DNA from: Cyanophyceae cyanobacterium
GTDB lineage: Bacteria > Cyanobacteriota > Cyanobacteriia > Cyanobacteriales > JBHJGN01
NCBI GenBank assembly: GCA_050331735.1
Contig: JBHJGN010000020.1
Location: 46,683-110,682, forward strand
Direction of reading: 5' to 3'
Length of the DNA stretch: 64,000 nucleotides
Shown: positions 1 to 13,372 of the stretch, piece by piece
Position numbering within the stretch: position 1 is the first letter of the stretch
How the letters are laid out: each line of letters starts with the position of its first letter
The notes under the pieces: model-generated
Told to the model about the DNA's origin: nothing
Databases searched by the model: none
Seen by the model: the letters and a program-made list of their open reading frames with translations, nothing else
Program-made: the position numbers and the translations under genes

Positions 1-104
1 AGGAAACAGAGGAAGTTCTCGAACGGCGATCGAAGGAGGCATGGGGTTTGAAAAAATTTTTCTTCTTTTACTTTAACGAATTTTTTCGGGGTGATAACAG
101 CAAG

Positions 105-131
105 AAACCCTCTAGAAAATCCTAAAGGGTT
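105..131 (-). terminator. possible hairpin downstream of rpsJ
   Basis: Imperfect inverted repeat AACCCT-CTAG...CTAA-AGGGTT just past the rpsJ stop. Confidence 0.35.
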
Positions 132-144
132 CATCAATCGCAGA

Positions 145-462
145 TTATAATTTAACTTCAATGTCAACGCCCGCTGGTAAATCTAGCTTCATCAAAGCGT
201 CAATCGTTTTGGAAGAAGGCTGATAGATATCGATGATTCGACGATGGGTGCGCGTCTCGAAGTGTTCTCGCGAGTCTTTATCAACGTGAGGCGATCGCAG
301 CAGGCAGTATATTTTGCGCTTGGTTGGGAGAGGAATGGGACCGATAGCTGTGGCGTTAGTTCGATTCGCTGTATCGACAATTTTTTCACAGGAAGTATCA
401 AGCAAGCGGCGGTCGAAAGCTTTTAAACGAATGCGGATCTTTTGTTGCTGAATAGTGGCCAT
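145..462 (-). CDS. rpsJ: 30S ribosomal protein S10
   Basis: [10 protein letters not shown]...GPIPLPT...[14 protein letters not shown]; follows tufA as in cyanobacteria. Confidence 0.99.
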   Translation of the reverse strand: MATIQQQKIRIRLKAFDRRLLDTSCEKIVDTANRTNATAIGPIPLPTKRKIYCLLRSPHVDKDSREHFETRTHRRIIDIYQPSSKTIDALMKLDLPAGVDIEVKL

Positions 463-573
463 GTTGAGTTTTCAAGGTTCAGTGGAATGAAACGGGTGGT
501 ACAGGATTACCTCCAGCGCAAGAGCAGAGGGGTGTTATTTCCAAGTCACTCCTCTGCTCTGGATGTGATTGTT

Positions 574-1803
574 CTACTTCACAATTTTGGAGACGACTCC
601 GGCACCAATAGTGCGACCGCCTTCGCGGATAGCAAAGCGCATCCCCTGCTCAATTGCAATCGGGTTGATGAGCTGAACCGTCATTTTCACGCGATCGCCG
701 GGCATCACCATTTCGGCGGCGCTGCCATCATCAGCCGTAAAGGCGGTAATGGTTCCCGTGACATCGGTGGTCCGTACGTAGAACTGAGGACGATAGTTGG
801 GAAAGAAGGGAGTATGGCGGCCACCTTCGTCTTTAGTCAAGACGTAGACTTCTCCCTCAAACTCGGTATGGGGAGTAATCGAACCGGGTTTAGCGATGAC
901 CATCCCCCGCTCAATATCGGCTTTTTGGATACCGCGAAGCAGGATGCCAACGTTGTCGCCAGCCATGCCCTCATCCAGGGTCTTCTGAAACATCTCTACT
1001 CCCGTGACGGTGGTACTGCGGGTGTCTCTAATTCCCACTAGCTCAACCGTTTCGCCCACTTTTACCTTACCGCGCTCGATCCGGCCCGTCGCCACCGTAC
1101 CGCGACCTGTAATCGAGAATACATCTTCTACCGCCATCAGGAAGGGCTTATCGACTTCCCGCTCTGGAGTCGGAATATACTCGTCTACCGTCTCCATGAG
1201 CGCGTAGATTTTGTCAACCCATTCGTTGTCCCCTTGAGCAGCATTGGGATTTTCCGCCAGCGCTTCCAGCGCCATCAGCGCCGAACCGGTGGTGATAGGA
1301 ATATCATCGCCAGGAAAATCGTACTCGCTGAGCAGCTCTCGTACTTCCAGCTCTACCAGCTCCAGGAGTTCCTCGTCGTCAACTTGATCTTGCTTGTTTA
1401 AGAAAACTACCAGACTAGGAACGCCAACTTGCTTAGCAAGAAGAATGTGCTCGCGAGTTTGAGGCATTGGACCGTCAGCAGCCGAAACAACAAGAATCGC
1501 ACCGTCCATCTGAGCTGCTCCAGTAATCATGTTCTTTACGTAGTCAGCATGACCGGGGCAGTCTACGTGAGCGTAGTGACGGTTGTCGGTTTCGTACTCA
1601 ACGTGGGCTGTATTGATCGTAATCCCGCGAGCTTTCTCTTCGGGAGCCGCATCAATTTCGTCATATTTTTTCGCTTTGGCCTTGCCCTGAGCAGCCAGAG
1701 AGAGGGTGATCGCGGCGGTTAACGTGGTTTTTCCGTGGTCGACGTGACCAATCGTGCCGATGTTAGCGTGGTCTTTGTTTCTTTCAAACTTTGCGCGTGC
1801 CAT
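574..1803 (-). CDS. tufA: elongation factor Tu
   Basis: [24 protein letters not shown]-terminal [13 protein letters not shown]. Confidence 0.99.
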   Translation of the reverse strand: MARAKFERNKDHANIGTIGHVDHGKTTLTAAITLSLAAQGKAKAKKYDEIDAAPEEKARGITINTAHVEYETDNRHYAHVDCPGHADYVKNMITGAAQMDGAILVVSAADGPMPQTREHILLAKQVGVPSLVVFLNKQDQVDDEELLELVELEVRELLSEYDFPGDDIPITTGSALMALEALAENPNAAQGDNEWVDKIYALMETVDEYIPTPEREVDKPFLMAVEDVFSITGRGTVATGRIERGKVKVGETVELVGIRDTRSTTVTGVEMFQKTLDEGMAGDNVGILLRGIQKADIERGMVIAKPGSITPHTEFEGEVYVLTKDEGGRHTPFFPNYRPQFYVRTTDVTGTITAFTADDGSAAEMVMPGDRVKMTVQLINPIAIEQGMRFAIREGGRTIGAGVVSKIVK

Positions 1804-1970
1804 GAATTAAAATGTCCTTATTCTACGTCAATGATTAGCTGGTTTTTCTTCCGCAGTCTGGGAGTGACTGAGTTGGCGAGCGGCAGCCGCTGAGCGCCAA
1901 CTCTAGCTCTAACCCTGGCTGATGAAGAAACAAGAAAATAGGATACAACGCAATTGGGTTAGATGTTATT

Positions 1971-4046
1971 CTATGCGTCTCCTCTGTTTTTGGCGATGAT
2001 TGCTTCTGCCACGTGGCGAGGCACTTCATCGTAGCTGTTGAACTCCATTGAGAAAATACCTCGGCCTTGAGTTTTCGACCGGATATCTGTTGCATAGCCA
2101 AACATTTCCGCCAGCGGAACCTGAGCAGAAACTTTGGCGATTCCTTCTTCAGAGTTCATGCCTTCAATGCTGCCGCGACGAGAGTTCAAATCTCCCATCA
2201 CGTCCCCAAGAAATTCTTCAGGAACTTCTACTTCCACCTGCATCGTCGGCTCCAGCAAAACCGGAGCGGCCTTTTGGACAGCATTCCGAATCGCCATCGA
2301 GCCAGCGATTTTGAAGGCCATTTCGGATGAATCGACCTCGTGGTAAGAACCATCTACCAGAGTAGTTTTGACATCTATCAGCGGATAGCCCGCTAAGATG
2401 CCGGTCTCGCAGGCCTCTTTCATTCCTTGTTCAACAGCCGGAATATATTCTCTGGGAATGGCGCCACCGACAATTTTAGAGATGAATTCAAAACCACTGC
2501 CGGCTTCTGCGGGTTCTAGTTTAATGACGACGTGTCCGTACTGGCCCTTGCCGCCACTTTGACGAATAAACTTGCCCTCAGCGTTGGTTGCCTTGCGAAT
2601 CGTTTCTCGGTAGGCCACCTGCGGTTGTCCCACGTTCGCTTCCACTTTGTACTCCCGCAGCATCCGGTCTACCAGAATCTCTAGGTGAAGTTCACCCATG
2701 CCTGCAATCACCGTTTGATTGGTTTCGGGGTCAATGCTCACCCGGAAGGTCGGATCTTCATCCGAGAGAGCCTGTAGAGCTTTAGAAAGCTTTTCCATAT
2801 CCTGCTTGGTTTTGGGCTCTACTGCCACCGAAATCACCGGTTCAGGCACAAATAGAGATTCTAGAATAATAGGATGGTCCTCGTCGCACAGAGTATCTCC
2901 GGTCGCTGTATCTTTGAGGCCAACAGCCGCACCGAGGTCTCCGGCTCTCAGTTCATCCACTTCAATCCGATCGTTAGATTTCAGCACAATTAGGCGGGAA
3001 ATCCGTTCCTTTTTCTGCTTAGTTGAGTTATAAACGTAGCTGCCTTTCTGCAAGACTCCCGAATAAACTCGCATAAAGGTTAAGCGTCCGAAGGGATCGG
3101 CGGCAATTTTGAAGGCCAAAGCCGAAAACGGTTCCTCATCGTCCGATTTTCTCACGGCTTCGGTTCCATCTGGTAGCGTTCCCCGAATGGCTGGCACTTC
3201 CACAGGAGCCGGGAGATAATCAACGACAGCATCTAGCAGAAGCTGTACCCCTTTATTCTTAAAGGCAGAGCCGCACAGCAGCGGCACAATCGCACCGCCG
3301 ATCGTGGCCTGACGCAGCGCTTCTTTAATTTCTGCTTCAGCAAATTCCTCTTCCATGAGAAACTTCTCTAGCAGTGCTTCGTTGGTTTCCGCCACGGCTT
3401 CAATCAGGCGAGCGCGATATTCCTGAGCCTGCTCCAACAGCTCTGGAGGAATTTCTGTGTCTTCAATTTCCTTGCCAACGTCATCTTGATAAATTTTCGC
3501 TCGCATGCGAACCAGGTCCACAATGCCTCGAAACTCGCTCTCGCTACCGATCGGGATTTGAATGGGAACTGCGTTAGCGCGCAGGCGAGCGCGGATTTGC
3601 TCGTGAACCTTAAAGAAGTTAGCTCCGGTTCGGTCCATCTTGTTGACAAAGGCAAGGCGCGGTACCTGATATCGGTCCGCCTGCCGCCAGACGGTCTCAG
3701 ACTGAGGCTGGACACCTCCAACTGAACAAAAGACTGCAATGACTCCATCTAAAACCCGCATCGACCGTTCGACTTCAATCGTAAAGTCTACGTGACCGGG
3801 CGTATCGATGATGTTGATTCTGTGATCTTGCCAGCTGGTACTAATGGCAGCAGCAGTAATCGTAATTCCCCGCTCTTGCTCCTGCTGCATCCAGTCCATG
3901 ACGGCTGTTCCTTCATGGACTTCTCCGAGCTTGTGCGCAATCCCAGTGTAAAAGAGAATTCGCTCAGTGGTTGTTGTTTTGCCCGCATCTATATGAGCCG
4001 CGATACCAATATTGCGCACTCTAGCGAGCGGGATGCTACGTGTCAC
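1971..4046 (-). CDS. fusA: elongation factor G
   Basis: [34 protein letters not shown]; str operon position. Confidence 0.99.
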   Translation of the reverse strand: MTRSIPLARVRNIGIAAHIDAGKTTTTERILFYTGIAHKLGEVHEGTAVMDWMQQEQERGITITAAAISTSWQDHRINIIDTPGHVDFTIEVERSMRVLDGVIAVFCSVGGVQPQSETVWRQADRYQVPRLAFVNKMDRTGANFFKVHEQIRARLRANAVPIQIPIGSESEFRGIVDLVRMRAKIYQDDVGKEIEDTEIPPELLEQAQEYRARLIEAVAETNEALLEKFLMEEEFAEAEIKEALRQATIGGAIVPLLCGSAFKNKGVQLLLDAVVDYLPAPVEVPAIRGTLPDGTEAVRKSDDEEPFSALAFKIAADPFGRLTFMRVYSGVLQKGSYVYNSTKQKKERISRLIVLKSNDRIEVDELRAGDLGAAVGLKDTATGDTLCDEDHPIILESLFVPEPVISVAVEPKTKQDMEKLSKALQALSDEDPTFRVSIDPETNQTVIAGMGELHLEILVDRMLREYKVEANVGQPQVAYRETIRKATNAEGKFIRQSGGKGQYGHVVIKLEPAEAGSGFEFISKIVGGAIPREYIPAVEQGMKEACETGILAGYPLIDVKTTLVDGSYHEVDSSEMAFKIAGSMAIRNAVQKAAPVLLEPTMQVEVEVPEEFLGDVMGDLNSRRGSIEGMNSEEGIAKVSAQVPLAEMFGYATDIRSKTQGRGIFSMEFNSYDEVPRHVAEAIIAKNRGDA

Positions 4047-4232
4047 AGTTACCTCCTTGAATCTTGCCGAGCTTCAGCTGCATTGACGCGAAGATTCGCT
4101 CCATTTACAATTCTATACTTTTCTTGTAAAAATGCCGCAACCGCAGCAAGGAAAGCAGATTGAGCATCAGCGACTCTCTTCAGGGAGGACAGCGATCGCC
4201 CAAGCGCCTCTCCTCAATTTTTGCGATTGCAG

Positions 4233-4703
4233 TTAATACCGATAATGGGCAAAAGCCTTGTTTGCTTCTGCCATCCGATGGGTTTCTTCGCGCTTACGAA
4301 TTGCGCCTCCCGTCTCATTAGCCGCGTCCATAATTTCATTCGCGAGTTTCCCGGCCATAGTCCGTCCTCCTCGGGAACGAGCAAACTGAATTAGCCAGCG
4401 CAGCGCCAAGGTTGTTCCTCGACCAGAGCGGACTTCCATCGGGACTTGGTAGGTGGCTCCACCCACTCGACGAGCCTTAACTTCAACCAGGGGAGTTAGG
4501 TTACGGACAGCTTGTTCAAACGTTTCTAGCGGATCGTTGCCAGTGCGTTCTCCAACAATAGAGAGAGCATCATAAACAATTCTGGACGCTAAAGATTTCT
4601 TGCCACTAGTCATAATCCGCCGCACGGTCATGCTAATGAGGCGGCTGTTGTAAACCGGATCTGGAGGAACTGTGCGCTTTTTTCCAGAGGTACGACGAGA
4701 CAT
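4233..4703 (-). CDS. rpsG: 30S ribosomal protein S7
   Basis: [30 protein letters not shown]. Confidence 0.99.
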   Translation of the reverse strand: MSRRTSGKKRTVPPDPVYNSRLISMTVRRIMTSGKKSLASRIVYDALSIVGERTGNDPLETFEQAVRNLTPLVEVKARRVGGATYQVPMEVRSGRGTTLALRWLIQFARSRGGRTMAGKLANEIMDAANETGGAIRKREETHRMAEANKAFAHYRY

Positions 4704-4809
4704 AAAATTTTCCTAACCTAAATAGTTTTTATAGAGCCGAAGCAGTCATGAAAAAGAGCACCCTTAGTGAATGAGGATGCCTAAAAAGCCTAGTGGGCAA
4801 ACAGCCCTC

Positions 4810-5181
4810 TTACTGAGGACGTTTGGTACCGTATTTAGAACGACCCTGTCGACGATCTTTAACTCCTGTCGCGTCTAGAGTGCCGCGGACGATATGGTAG
4901 CGAACTCCAGGCAGATCTTTGACACGACCGCCACGGATCAAGACAACAGAGTGTTCCTGAAGGTTGTGACCAATGCCAGGAATGTAGGCAGTGACTTCAA
5001 ACCCTGATGTCAGTCTCACTCTAGCTACCTTGCGAAGAGCTGAGTTCGGTTTCTTCGGAGTGGTGGTATACACCCTAGTACAGACTCCTCGTCGCTGCGG
5101 ACATTCCTTCAGAGCTGGCGATTTAGTTTTCTTTTTTGCTTTAGACCGTTCAGTGCGAATCAGTTGCTGAATAGTAGGCAT
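4810..5181 (-). CDS. rpsL: 30S ribosomal protein S12
   Basis: [33 protein letters not shown]. Confidence 0.99.
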   Translation of the reverse strand: MPTIQQLIRTERSKAKKKTKSPALKECPQRRGVCTRVYTTTPKKPNSALRKVARVRLTSGFEVTAYIPGIGHNLQEHSVVLIRGGRVKDLPGVRYHIVRGTLDATGVKDRRQGRSKYGTKRPQ

Positions 5182-5267
5182 AAATAGCTCTAAACGGAGA
5201 CGAAGCCCCCTAAGATAGTTGACGATCTCTTATCTTACTCGGCGGCAAGCTCTAGTGTCAAGAAGCT

Positions 5268-5594
5268 TCACGAGCGCAAAGCAAAGGAAAGACCACAGCT
5301 ACAGATATTAGCTACATTGGGGTTATCAAAGCGAAAACCTCCCCCCATCAAGTCTTCTGAATAATCTAGCCGGAGACCTTCAAGGGCAGCATCTTGATTT
5401 TCTGGAATGAGAATCGAAATACCGTGACTTTCGTACAGACGCTCGCTGGTCACTGTATCGATAAATTCAAAGCGGTAGAAGAACCCGGAACATCCTCCCC
5501 TTTCTACCTTTAAGCGGAAATAGCTTTGTGGCTGTCGGCGGCTAAGCTGAATTCTTTTGATTTCTTGAGCCGCCGCTGGACTAATGTCGATCAC
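5268..5594 (-). CDS. HesB/IscA family Fe-S cluster assembly accessory protein
   Basis: GGCSG motif and C-terminal GFRFDNPN...CSCGLSF. Confidence 0.93.
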   Translation of the reverse strand: MIDISPAAAQEIKRIQLSRRQPQSYFRLKVERGGCSGFFYRFEFIDTVTSERLYESHGISILIPENQDAALEGLRLDYSEDLMGGGFRFDNPNVANICSCGLSFALRS

Positions 5595-5687
5595 GCTATG
5601 CTAGTTGTCTAAACCGTCGATAATACTCACGTCTGAACAGAGATGAGCTATTAGCTGTTGGCTAGCTAATAGCTAGGCGTTTGTTCT

Positions 5688-6098
5688 TTAGCCGCGAGCG
5701 TAGTCGTCCTGAAAACGAATAATATCATCCTCCCCTAGATATTCTCCGTTTTGCACTTCGATGAGAACAAGCTTAATCACTCCAGGATTTTCGAGACGAT
5801 GAGGAGTACACTGGGGAACATAGGTAGACTGGTTGCTGCCGAGGATTTCTTCTTGCTCGCCACAAACGACTTTTGCCGTCCCGGAAACAACGATCCAATG
5901 TTCGCTGCGATGGTGGTGCATCTGGAGGCTTAGGCGGTGTCCAGGATTCACTTCAATTCGCTTAATCTTGTAGCCAGTTCCCTCTTCTAAGGTAGTAAAA
6001 GAGCCCCAGGGACGCATTTCCGTTGCCGTCACCTCTGATGCAGCAACCGATACCGGAAAAATGGCAGAGGCCTGAGCAATTTCCTTAGACTGAACCAT
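5688..6098 (-). CDS. stand-alone cupin, type II mannose-6-phosphate isomerase C-terminal domain
   Basis: RPWG, LSLQMHHHRSEHWIVVSG, IEVQNGEYLGEDDIIR. Confidence 0.92.
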   Translation of the reverse strand: MVQSKEIAQASAIFPVSVAASEVTATEMRPWGSFTTLEEGTGYKIKRIEVNPGHRLSLQMHHHRSEHWIVVSGTAKVVCGEQEEILGSNQSTYVPQCTPHRLENPGVIKLVLIEVQNGEYLGEDDIIRFQDDYARG

Positions 6099-6258
6099 GG
6101 TTCTTCTCCTAGAAATACGACGACAAACAACGGGTCAAGCTGACTGCTTGTAGATAAACAATGAAACTAGATTCATTCAGGTAGCTTAGCCAAACATAGC
6201 AAATATTTTTGGACCTGACCAGTCAAGACCCCACTATGGCTGCTTAGTGACCGATTAG

Positions 6259-8172
6259 TTACCGAATCAAAAGACCGATACCGTTATGAACGCGAGCGGC
6301 AGTACTTGGTGAACGGTCGAGGAGTTGGCCTCCCAAGACAAGTCCTGTGGAGCTACCGCCGTCGAGATTGAGGGCATCAACCGAGCCAAGACGCTGCATG
6401 ATTGAGGCAAGCTCTGGTAAAGTAGGGCCTTTTCCACTTGGCGAAGCATGAACCGCTGCGATGACAACTGTGCCGCGAGCCGTTGTGCCAATAGCGCTTC
6501 GAGAAGCCGCTTGTTGATTGAATGCTGAGGCAAACTGCTCAGAAGCTGAGTCGAGCACAACTTGGCGATTTTGCAGCAGCAGCGGACCGGCCCCGACAAT
6601 ATGGGGATAGGGGGTCAACTCCGCCGGGAGAACTTGGCTTTGCAGGTTCACTTCTATCTCTACCGGTAAAGCGGCATTCAAGGATTCATTGGCTCTGAGA
6701 ATGAGCAGATAGCCTTTCTCAGGAACAGAAACTGGATTGCTTCCAGCAACACCTAACTTGAGTTTTTGAGTGACTCGACGATCTTCAACCCAAATTGCCG
6801 TCTCGCCGTCGGTAAGAGGTGTGTAAGTTGAGCCCCAGTCTTTGGTATAGCGAGCCAGTCCGGCTGTGACGTAACCGCTGTTTAAAAACGGAACGGGCAA
6901 CCGGTCGCCCCGAGAAGTCGTAATCGCTTCCTCAAGTTGCAGGCGAGCAATTTCGACTGCGCCCTGATTGTTCCAGGCGATCGCCCCTCGGTTTAAAATT
7001 GGTCCAGACAGCCAGCGACCGTCTCGACGAATGGCTCCTAGAGGAAGTTGATTCTTGCGATTGAAAAAGCCCCCGTTAATGGCGGCTGAGGCTTGATGAG
7101 CCTGAGCGATCGTCAACAGGGGGGCAAGGCCTTTTGCCTGAGAGTGACTGGTGATGGGGTGCAAAACAGTTGTGTCGCTGAGAGTCACCTCTAGCCAGGT
7201 TACCGGAAACGAGCGCTTAGAAGAGGCGGTGGCGCTGGTGTTGAGTAAAACATTCTGTTGATGCCACTGCACTCCCGGTCCCCAATGAATTTCTCGCTCG
7301 ACGAGCGTCTCAGAGCGAACATCGACGACGAGGCGGTAAGGGTCGGCCAGACTGAAAACTCGCAATTTCTTGCCCTCAAGAAGCTGAACGCGAAGCTTGA
7401 CTTGAGCTTCTGAGCTTTCTAGAGCGATGGGATCAGGAGGGGGAGAACCTGGACTTGAGCCTTCTGCTCCTGTTGCCTCGGTTGAATTAAAGGAGCGATG
7501 CTGAAGGAGCTTCGACAAAGTGACTCCTTCAAGAGTAACAACGCCTTCCTGCTGATTTTGACTAAGCTGCCAGGGAACAGGGCGATCTAAATCGAGAACA
7601 ATTCGTTGTCCCCAGTCTTGCTGCCCCTGGCGAACCTTCAATATTTGTGCTGAAGGAAAATTAATTTCTAAAGTCTTCCCTCGCGTCTGTAGTTGCCAGT
7701 GAGCGGAGGCAGCTACATCAGTAATGTCTAGATATCTATAGGGACTCAAAAATTGAGCCGTTAGCAGCAGGGGGGAATTGGAAAAATACTGTATCGGCTG
7801 GCTAGAGGAATTTTGGGTACTGAGTAGTTCTAGTCCAAGTAGCTGCATGGCTCCAGTATCACTAATTCCGGTTCGCAGAGTTTCTGCTTGCCACTGTATC
7901 CAGGCAACCGGGTATTTCTGCCCATTGAGCGCAATTTCTTGTCCCTGACGTTTGGATACGGAAGCCACACTTTCCTTTTCTGCTTGACTTGGCATGAAGG
8001 CTGTCGTTGTCACAGCCCGCATCGCGGAAGTATTTTTGTGAAGCGATGGCTGCAACGAGAGAGCTTGAGCAGAGTAAGTCCAACAGCCGCACAAAATCGG
8101 TAGCCCAAACGCCCTGAGTCGGCTCGAAAGCCTTGACAGCATAATGCCTTTACCGTTATTCATGCAGTCCAC
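6259..8172 (-). CDS. secreted phosphodiester glycosidase (NAGPA/DUF2233) family protein
   Basis: AAINGGFF, GAGPLLL, RSAIG, ALNLDGGSST; N-terminal signal-like segment; start uncertain. Confidence 0.85.
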   Translation of the reverse strand: MDCMNNGKGIMLSRLSSRLRAFGLPILCGCWTYSAQALSLQPSLHKNTSAMRAVTTTAFMPSQAEKESVASVSKRQGQEIALNGQKYPVAWIQWQAETLRTGISDTGAMQLLGLELLSTQNSSSQPIQYFSNSPLLLTAQFLSPYRYLDITDVAASAHWQLQTRGKTLEINFPSAQILKVRQGQQDWGQRIVLDLDRPVPWQLSQNQQEGVVTLEGVTLSKLLQHRSFNSTEATGAEGSSPGSPPPDPIALESSEAQVKLRVQLLEGKKLRVFSLADPYRLVVDVRSETLVEREIHWGPGVQWHQQNVLLNTSATASSKRSFPVTWLEVTLSDTTVLHPITSHSQAKGLAPLLTIAQAHQASAAINGGFFNRKNQLPLGAIRRDGRWLSGPILNRGAIAWNNQGAVEIARLQLEEAITTSRGDRLPVPFLNSGYVTAGLARYTKDWGSTYTPLTDGETAIWVEDRRVTQKLKLGVAGSNPVSVPEKGYLLILRANESLNAALPVEIEVNLQSQVLPAELTPYPHIVGAGPLLLQNRQVVLDSASEQFASAFNQQAASRSAIGTTARGTVVIAAVHASPSGKGPTLPELASIMQRLGSVDALNLDGGSSTGLVLGGQLLDRSPSTAARVHNGIGLLIR

Positions 8173-8734
8173 CTTATGATTAATGGCACAATTTTTCTAA
8201 TCCGAGCAGTCAGGGAAAAAAATCATCAAGGATCAATGACTTTCATGCTGACTAATGCTACAATTTCCTTCCCGACAGACTGCATAATAATATTAGAAGC
8301 TTTAGATATTCGGTTCAGTACAGCTTAACTGCTTCTAGCTTTGATTTGTTGTTTTTGCTACGGTACAAGCCAGCATGTTGTGCTTAAGCAAAAGCTTTCT
8401 TAAAAAAATCTGCTGTTGACTTCTAAAAAGAAGATCAAGGATGATATCTAAAAGCAGGAAACTTTTGACTGGATTAGTCTCGCTACCACAGGCGAAGCGT
8501 TCTTGCTCACCAGGAATCTAGGAATCTTCTTCGTTAAACGCTATTTTGAGGCTCTTTTAAACTTGGGCTTCAGTCCAAACTTCGACTAACGACGGCGGAA
8601 GTGCGAAGATTTTAACGTCCCTGAGCTGAAGACAGCCGACTCATTTGCAATCGTCTCTTTCCTTTGGCTTCCTAAACTCCTGACAGACTAAGCGGGTCAT
8701 CGATTGGCGCTATTAAAACGGAATTAATTTCTAT

Positions 8735-11700
8735 ATGAACGATAGATTAACAATGACAGACAACTATCATGATTGGCAACAACATTCTGGTCAAGAAGCT
8801 CCCTATCAAGGCCAAAAATGGCTTGTAGAAGAGAGAGATGCCTGCGGCGTTGGCTTTATTGCTGACGTCAACGGTCAAGCAAGTCATCAGCTCATTGAAC
8901 AATCTTTGTTAGCTCTAGGCTGTCTAGAGCACCGCGGTGGCTGTAGTGCAGACCGAGATTCGGGGGACGGTTCGGGATTAATGACTGGCATCCCTGAGTC
9001 ATTGTTCCGAGTGTGGTTTGAGCAACAGAACATTGTCATGCCCGAGCGCGAACACTGGGGAGTAGGCATGGTGTTTCTACCGCAAGATGCTGCTGAGGCT
9101 GAGCAATCTCGGAACTACATTCAACAGATTATTGCAGACGAAAATTTAACGGTACTAGGCTGGCGAGAAGTCCCTGTGCTTCCAGAGGTTTTAGGGGAAC
9201 GGGCAAGAGAAAATCAGCCCCGCATCGAACAGGTTATTGTGACATCGCTGGACAACCTTCGAGGGGACGATCTAGATCGAGTACTCTACATTGCCCGCTC
9301 TCGTATTGGTAAGCAGTTGTCGGATGATTTCTATCTCTGTTCTTTCTCTTGCCGCACCCTTGTATACAAGGGAATGGTGCGCTCAGCCGTATTGAAAGAA
9401 TTTTACCCAGATTTAAAGAATCCTCACTATCAAAGCTCATTTGCCGTCTACCACCGCCGCTTCAGCACTAACACGATGCCAAGATGGCCCCTAGCTCAAC
9501 CGATGCGGTTGCTGGGTCACAACGGAGAGATTAATACGCTGCTCGGCAACATTAACTGGATGAAAACCAGGGAGGCCAATCTACAGGTGCCAGGATGGCA
9601 AGCTGACGAGCTAGAAGGGCTAAAGCCGATCGTTAACCAAGAACATAGCGACTCGTTCAATTTAGATAGTGCGATGGAGCTGCTGGTGCGCACAGGCCGT
9701 AGTCCACTAGAAGCGGCGACTATCTTGGTGCCGGAAGCGTATCAAAACCAGCCCGACCTAGAGCAACATCCGGAAATTACAGACTTCTATGAATACTATA
9801 GTAGCCTCCAAGAGCCTTGGGATGGACCAGCACTGCTGGTATTTAGCGATGGAAAAACAGTGGGAGCGTCTCTAGATCGCAATGGTTTGCGTCCAGCTCG
9901 CTATAGCATTACGAAAGACGGCTATGTGGTTGTTGCTTCAGAAACTGGCGTAGTCGAGCTACTCAACGCTGACGTTGTTGAGAAGGGCAGATTAGGTCCA
10001 GGACAAATGATTGCGGTGGATTTGCAGACCCACGAAATTCTTAAAAATTGGGACATCAAGCAGCGAGTGGCTCAGAAGAAAAACTACGGGCAGTGGGTCC
10101 GGGAACATCGGAAAACCGTCGAGCGGCAGGCTTTTTGTCCTCAAGCTCAGCTCAATCCGTCTGAGCTACTCAAGAGTCAAACCGCCTTTGGCTACACAGC
10201 AGAAGATGTAGAAATGATTGTTGTGCCGATGGCGACTCAGGGGAAAGAGCCAACCTTCTGTATGGGGGATGATATTCCGTTAGCCATTCTATCGGATAAG
10301 CCCCGCCTGCTCTACGATTACTTTAAGCAGCGCTTTGCTCAGGTCACCAATCCTCCTATCGATCCGCTGCGGGAAAGCTTGGTGATGTCTTTGAGTATGC
10401 AGTTGGGCAAGCGCGGAAACCTATTGGACATTACTCCCGAAGCCGCTCGGCTGCTCAAGCTGGACACCCCGATTCTCAATCAGGCGGAACTAGAGGCGAT
10501 CGCGACTTCCGGTTTTAAAACGGTGCAGCTATCAACGCTGTTTGACATTGCCGACGGACCCGCCGGTTTAAAGGCAGCCATAACCACCCTGTGTGCTCGA
10601 GCCGAGGAGGCGGTTCGAGCCGGAGCGGAGATGGTGGTGCTCAGCGATCGCGGCGCAGATGACACCGCTCATCTACAGGAAGAACGAAGCTATATCCCGC
10701 CCCTGCTAGCGGTAGGAGCCGTTCACCATCACTTGATTCGTCAAGGATTGAGACTGGCAGCCTCGCTGATTATTGATACGGCGCAGTGCTGGAGTACCCA
10801 TCATTTTGCCTGCCTAATCGGCTATGGCGCATCCGCGGTGTGTCCCTATCTAGCGCTAGAAACCGTCCGGGCCTGGTGGAGCGATCCAAAAACGCAAAAA
10901 ATGATGGAGCGGGGCAAACTCGAGCAAATTTCCATAGAAACTGCCCAACAGCAATACCGGAAGTCGGTAGAAGCGGGTTTGCTCAAAATTCTCTCGAAGA
11001 TGGGGATTTCGCTGCTCAGTTCCTATCATGGAGCACAGATATTTGAGGCTCTCGGTCTGGGCATGGATGTAGTCAATTTAGCCTTTGCGGGAACAACGTC
11101 CCGCGTCGGCGGCATGAGCCTTCAGGAGTTAGCCCAGGAAGTGATTGCCTTTCATAGGCGGGCTTTTCCTAACTTGGAAGGTAAAAAGCTAGAAAACTTT
11201 GGCTTTATTAACTACCGTCCGGGCGGAGAGTATCATATGAACTCTCCAGAAATGGCCAAGGCGCTGCATAAAGCCGTAGCTGAGCAAGACTACAACCACT
11301 ACGAAGTGTATCAACAGTTCCTCGCCGGAAGACCCGTAACGGCCCTGCGGGATCTGCTAGATCTGAAGGGGGACCGGGACGCCATCAATATCAACGAAGT
11401 CGAATCCGTTGAGGAAATCGTTAAGCGTTTCTGCACCGGGGCCATGTCATTGGGCTCCCTCTCACGAGAAGCGCACGAAACTCTAGCGATCGCCATGAAC
11501 CGCCTTGGCGGCAAATCTAACTCCGGGGAAGGCGGAGAAGATCCGCTGCGGTTTACCGTGCTCAACGATGTGGACGACAACGGACATTCTCCGACCTTAC
11601 CGCACCTGAAAGGACTACGAAATGGCGATACGGCCAGTTCTGCCACCAAACAAGTTGCGTCCGGTCGCTTTGGGGTGACCCCTGAATACTTAATGAGCGC

Positions 11701-13372
11701 CCAGCAGCTAGAAATTAAAATTGCTCAAGGAGCCAAGCCAGGGGAAGGCGGACAGCTTCCCGGTAAAAAGGTCAGTCCTTACATTGCCATGCTGCGGCGG
11801 TCTAAGCCGGGAGTACCGCTGATTTCCCCACCGCCTCATCACGACATCTATTCGATTGAAGATCTGTTTCAGCTTATTTTTGATCTGCACCAAATTAACC
11901 CAAACGCCAAAGTGTCGGTCAAGCTGGTCGCTGAAATCGGCATTGGCACCATTGCCGCTGGGGTGGCCAAAGCCAACGCAGACGTCATTCAAATTTCCGG
12001 TCACGATGGCGGCACGGGAGCATCTCCGCTCAGCTCCATCAAACATGCTGGAGTTCCCTGGGAACTGGGAGTAACGGAAGTTCACCGTGTGCTGATGGAA
12101 AACGGGCTGCGCGATCGCGTACTGCTGCGGGCCGATGGGGGCTTCAAAACCGGACACGATGTCGTGATGGCGGCGTTGATGGGAGCGGAAGAATACGGCT
12201 TCGGTTCAGTATCTATGATTGCTGAAGGCTGTATCATGGCCCGAATCTGCCACACCAACAACTGCCCTGTCGGTGTGGCCTCTCAGCAGGAAAGACTTCG
12301 CCAGCGCTTTACCGGAATGCCGGAGCACGTCGTTAATTTCTTCTACTTCGTCGCTCAAGAGGTTCGCTCTCTGCTCGCTCGCTTAGGCTATCGCCGTCTC
12401 GAAGACATTATTGGCCGGGGGGATCTGCTAACCCGCCGTGCAGCTCCGCTCACCAAGACGAACGGCTTGATTTTGGACTGCTTGACTAACCTCCCCGATG
12501 TCCGCTCAGACCGAAGCTGGCTCAACCATGAAGCTGTACACAGCAACGGACCTGTGTTAGACGATGAACTGTTAGCCGATGCAGAGATGGCCGCCGCCAT
12601 CCGCAACCAGGGGGCAGTTACCAAAGAGGTCACCCTCCTTAACACAGACCGGACTGTGGGCGCCAGAATTGCTGGACAAATTGCCAAACAGTACGGAGAC
12701 ACCGGATTTGAGGGCGAAATGACCCTCACGTTTCAGGGAGCCGCTGGGCAAAGCTTTGGGGCTTTTAATCTCCCTGGCATGAACCTGGTGTTAGTTGGAG
12801 AAGCAAACGACTACGTGGGTAAGGGCATGCATGGAGGCGAGATCGTTATCGTCCCTCCTCAAGATGTTTGCTATGACCCGGCAGAAAACGTTCTCATCGG
12901 CAATACCTGTCTTTACGGCGCGACGGGAGGCGTTCTCTACGCCAATGGACGCGCTGGCGAACGTTTTGCGGTTAGAAACTCCAAGGGCCAAGCCGTGATC
13001 GAAGGAGCTGGCGATCACTGCTGCGAATATATGACGGGCGGTGTCGTTGTTGTGTTAGGGACAGTCGGACGAAATGTCGGTGCTGGCATGACGGGCGGTT
13101 TGGCTTACTTCCTCGATGAGGACGATAGCTTCATTAAGAAAGTCAACTCAGATGTCAAGATTCAGCGGCTCAGTACTAAAGCCGGGAAACAGCAGCTCAA
13201 AGCACTCATTGAAGCTCACAGGGAGAGGACGGGAAGCCAGAAAGCCAAAACGATTTTAGACAATTGGGAATCAGCAGTCGAGCAATTCTGGCAAGCTATC
13301 CCGCCTTCAGAAGCTGAAACTCCCGAAGCGCAGTCGATTACAGCAGCAGAAAAACCGCTGTCTGCTGTTTAG
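8735..13372 (+). CDS. glsF: ferredoxin-dependent glutamate synthase (Fd-GOGAT)
   Basis: ERDACGVG Ntn Cys, HRRFSTNT, 3Fe-4[21 protein letters not shown] domain; no gltD adjacent. Confidence 0.97.
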   Translation: MNDRLTMTDNYHDWQQHSGQEAPYQGQKWLVEERDACGVGFIADVNGQASHQLIEQSLLALGCLEHRGGCSADRDSGDGSGLMTGIPESLFRVWFEQQNIVMPEREHWGVGMVFLPQDAAEAEQSRNYIQQIIADENLTVLGWREVPVLPEVLGERARENQPRIEQVIVTSLDNLRGDDLDRVLYIARSRIGKQLSDDFYLCSFSCRTLVYKGMVRSAVLKEFYPDLKNPHYQSSFAVYHRRFSTNTMPRWPLAQPMRLLGHNGEINTLLGNINWMKTREANLQVPGWQADELEGLKPIVNQEHSDSFNLDSAMELLVRTGRSPLEAATILVPEAYQNQPDLEQHPEITDFYEYYSSLQEPWDGPALLVFSDGKTVGASLDRNGLRPARYSITKDGYVVVASETGVVELLNADVVEKGRLGPGQMIAVDLQTHEILKNWDIKQRVAQKKNYGQWVREHRKTVERQAFCPQAQLNPSELLKSQTAFGYTAEDVEMIVVPMATQGKEPTFCMGDDIPLAILSDKPRLLYDYFKQRFAQVTNPPIDPLRESLVMSLSMQLGKRGNLLDITPEAARLLKLDTPILNQAELEAIATSGFKTVQLSTLFDIADGPAGLKAAITTLCARAEEAVRAGAEMVVLSDRGADDTAHLQEERSYIPPLLAVGAVHHHLIRQGLRLAASLIIDTAQCWSTHHFACLIGYGASAVCPYLALETVRAWWSDPKTQKMMERGKLEQISIETAQQQYRKSVEAGLLKILSKMGISLLSSYHGAQIFEALGLGMDVVNLAFAGTTSRVGGMSLQELAQEVIAFHRRAFPNLEGKKLENFGFINYRPGGEYHMNSPEMAKALHKAVAEQDYNHYEVYQQFLAGRPVTALRDLLDLKGDRDAININEVESVEEIVKRFCTGAMSLGSLSREAHETLAIAMNRLGGKSNSGEGGEDPLRFTVLNDVDDNGHSPTLPHLKGLRNGDTASSATKQVASGRFGVTPEYLMSAQQLEIKIAQGAKPGEGGQLPGKKVSPYIAMLRRSKPGVPLISPPPHHDIYSIEDLFQLIFDLHQINPNAKVSVKLVAEIGIGTIAAGVAKANADVIQISGHDGGTGASPLSSIKHAGVPWELGVTEVHRVLMENGLRDRVLLRADGGFKTGHDVVMAALMGAEEYGFGSVSMIAEGCIMARICHTNNCPVGVASQQERLRQRFTGMPEHVVNFFYFVAQEVRSLLARLGYRRLEDIIGRGDLLTRRAAPLTKTNGLILDCLTNLPDVRSDRSWLNHEAVHSNGPVLDDELLADAEMAAAIRNQGAVTKEVTLLNTDRTVGARIAGQIAKQYGDTGFEGEMTLTFQGAAGQSFGAFNLPGMNLVLVGEANDYVGKGMHGGEIVIVPPQDVCYDPAENVLIGNTCLYGATGGVLYANGRAGERFAVRNSKGQAVIEGAGDHCCEYMTGGVVVVLGTVGRNVGAGMTGGLAYFLDEDDSFIKKVNSDVKIQRLSTKAGKQQLKALIEAHRERTGSQKAKTILDNWESAVEQFWQAIPPSEAETPEAQSITAAEKPLSAV

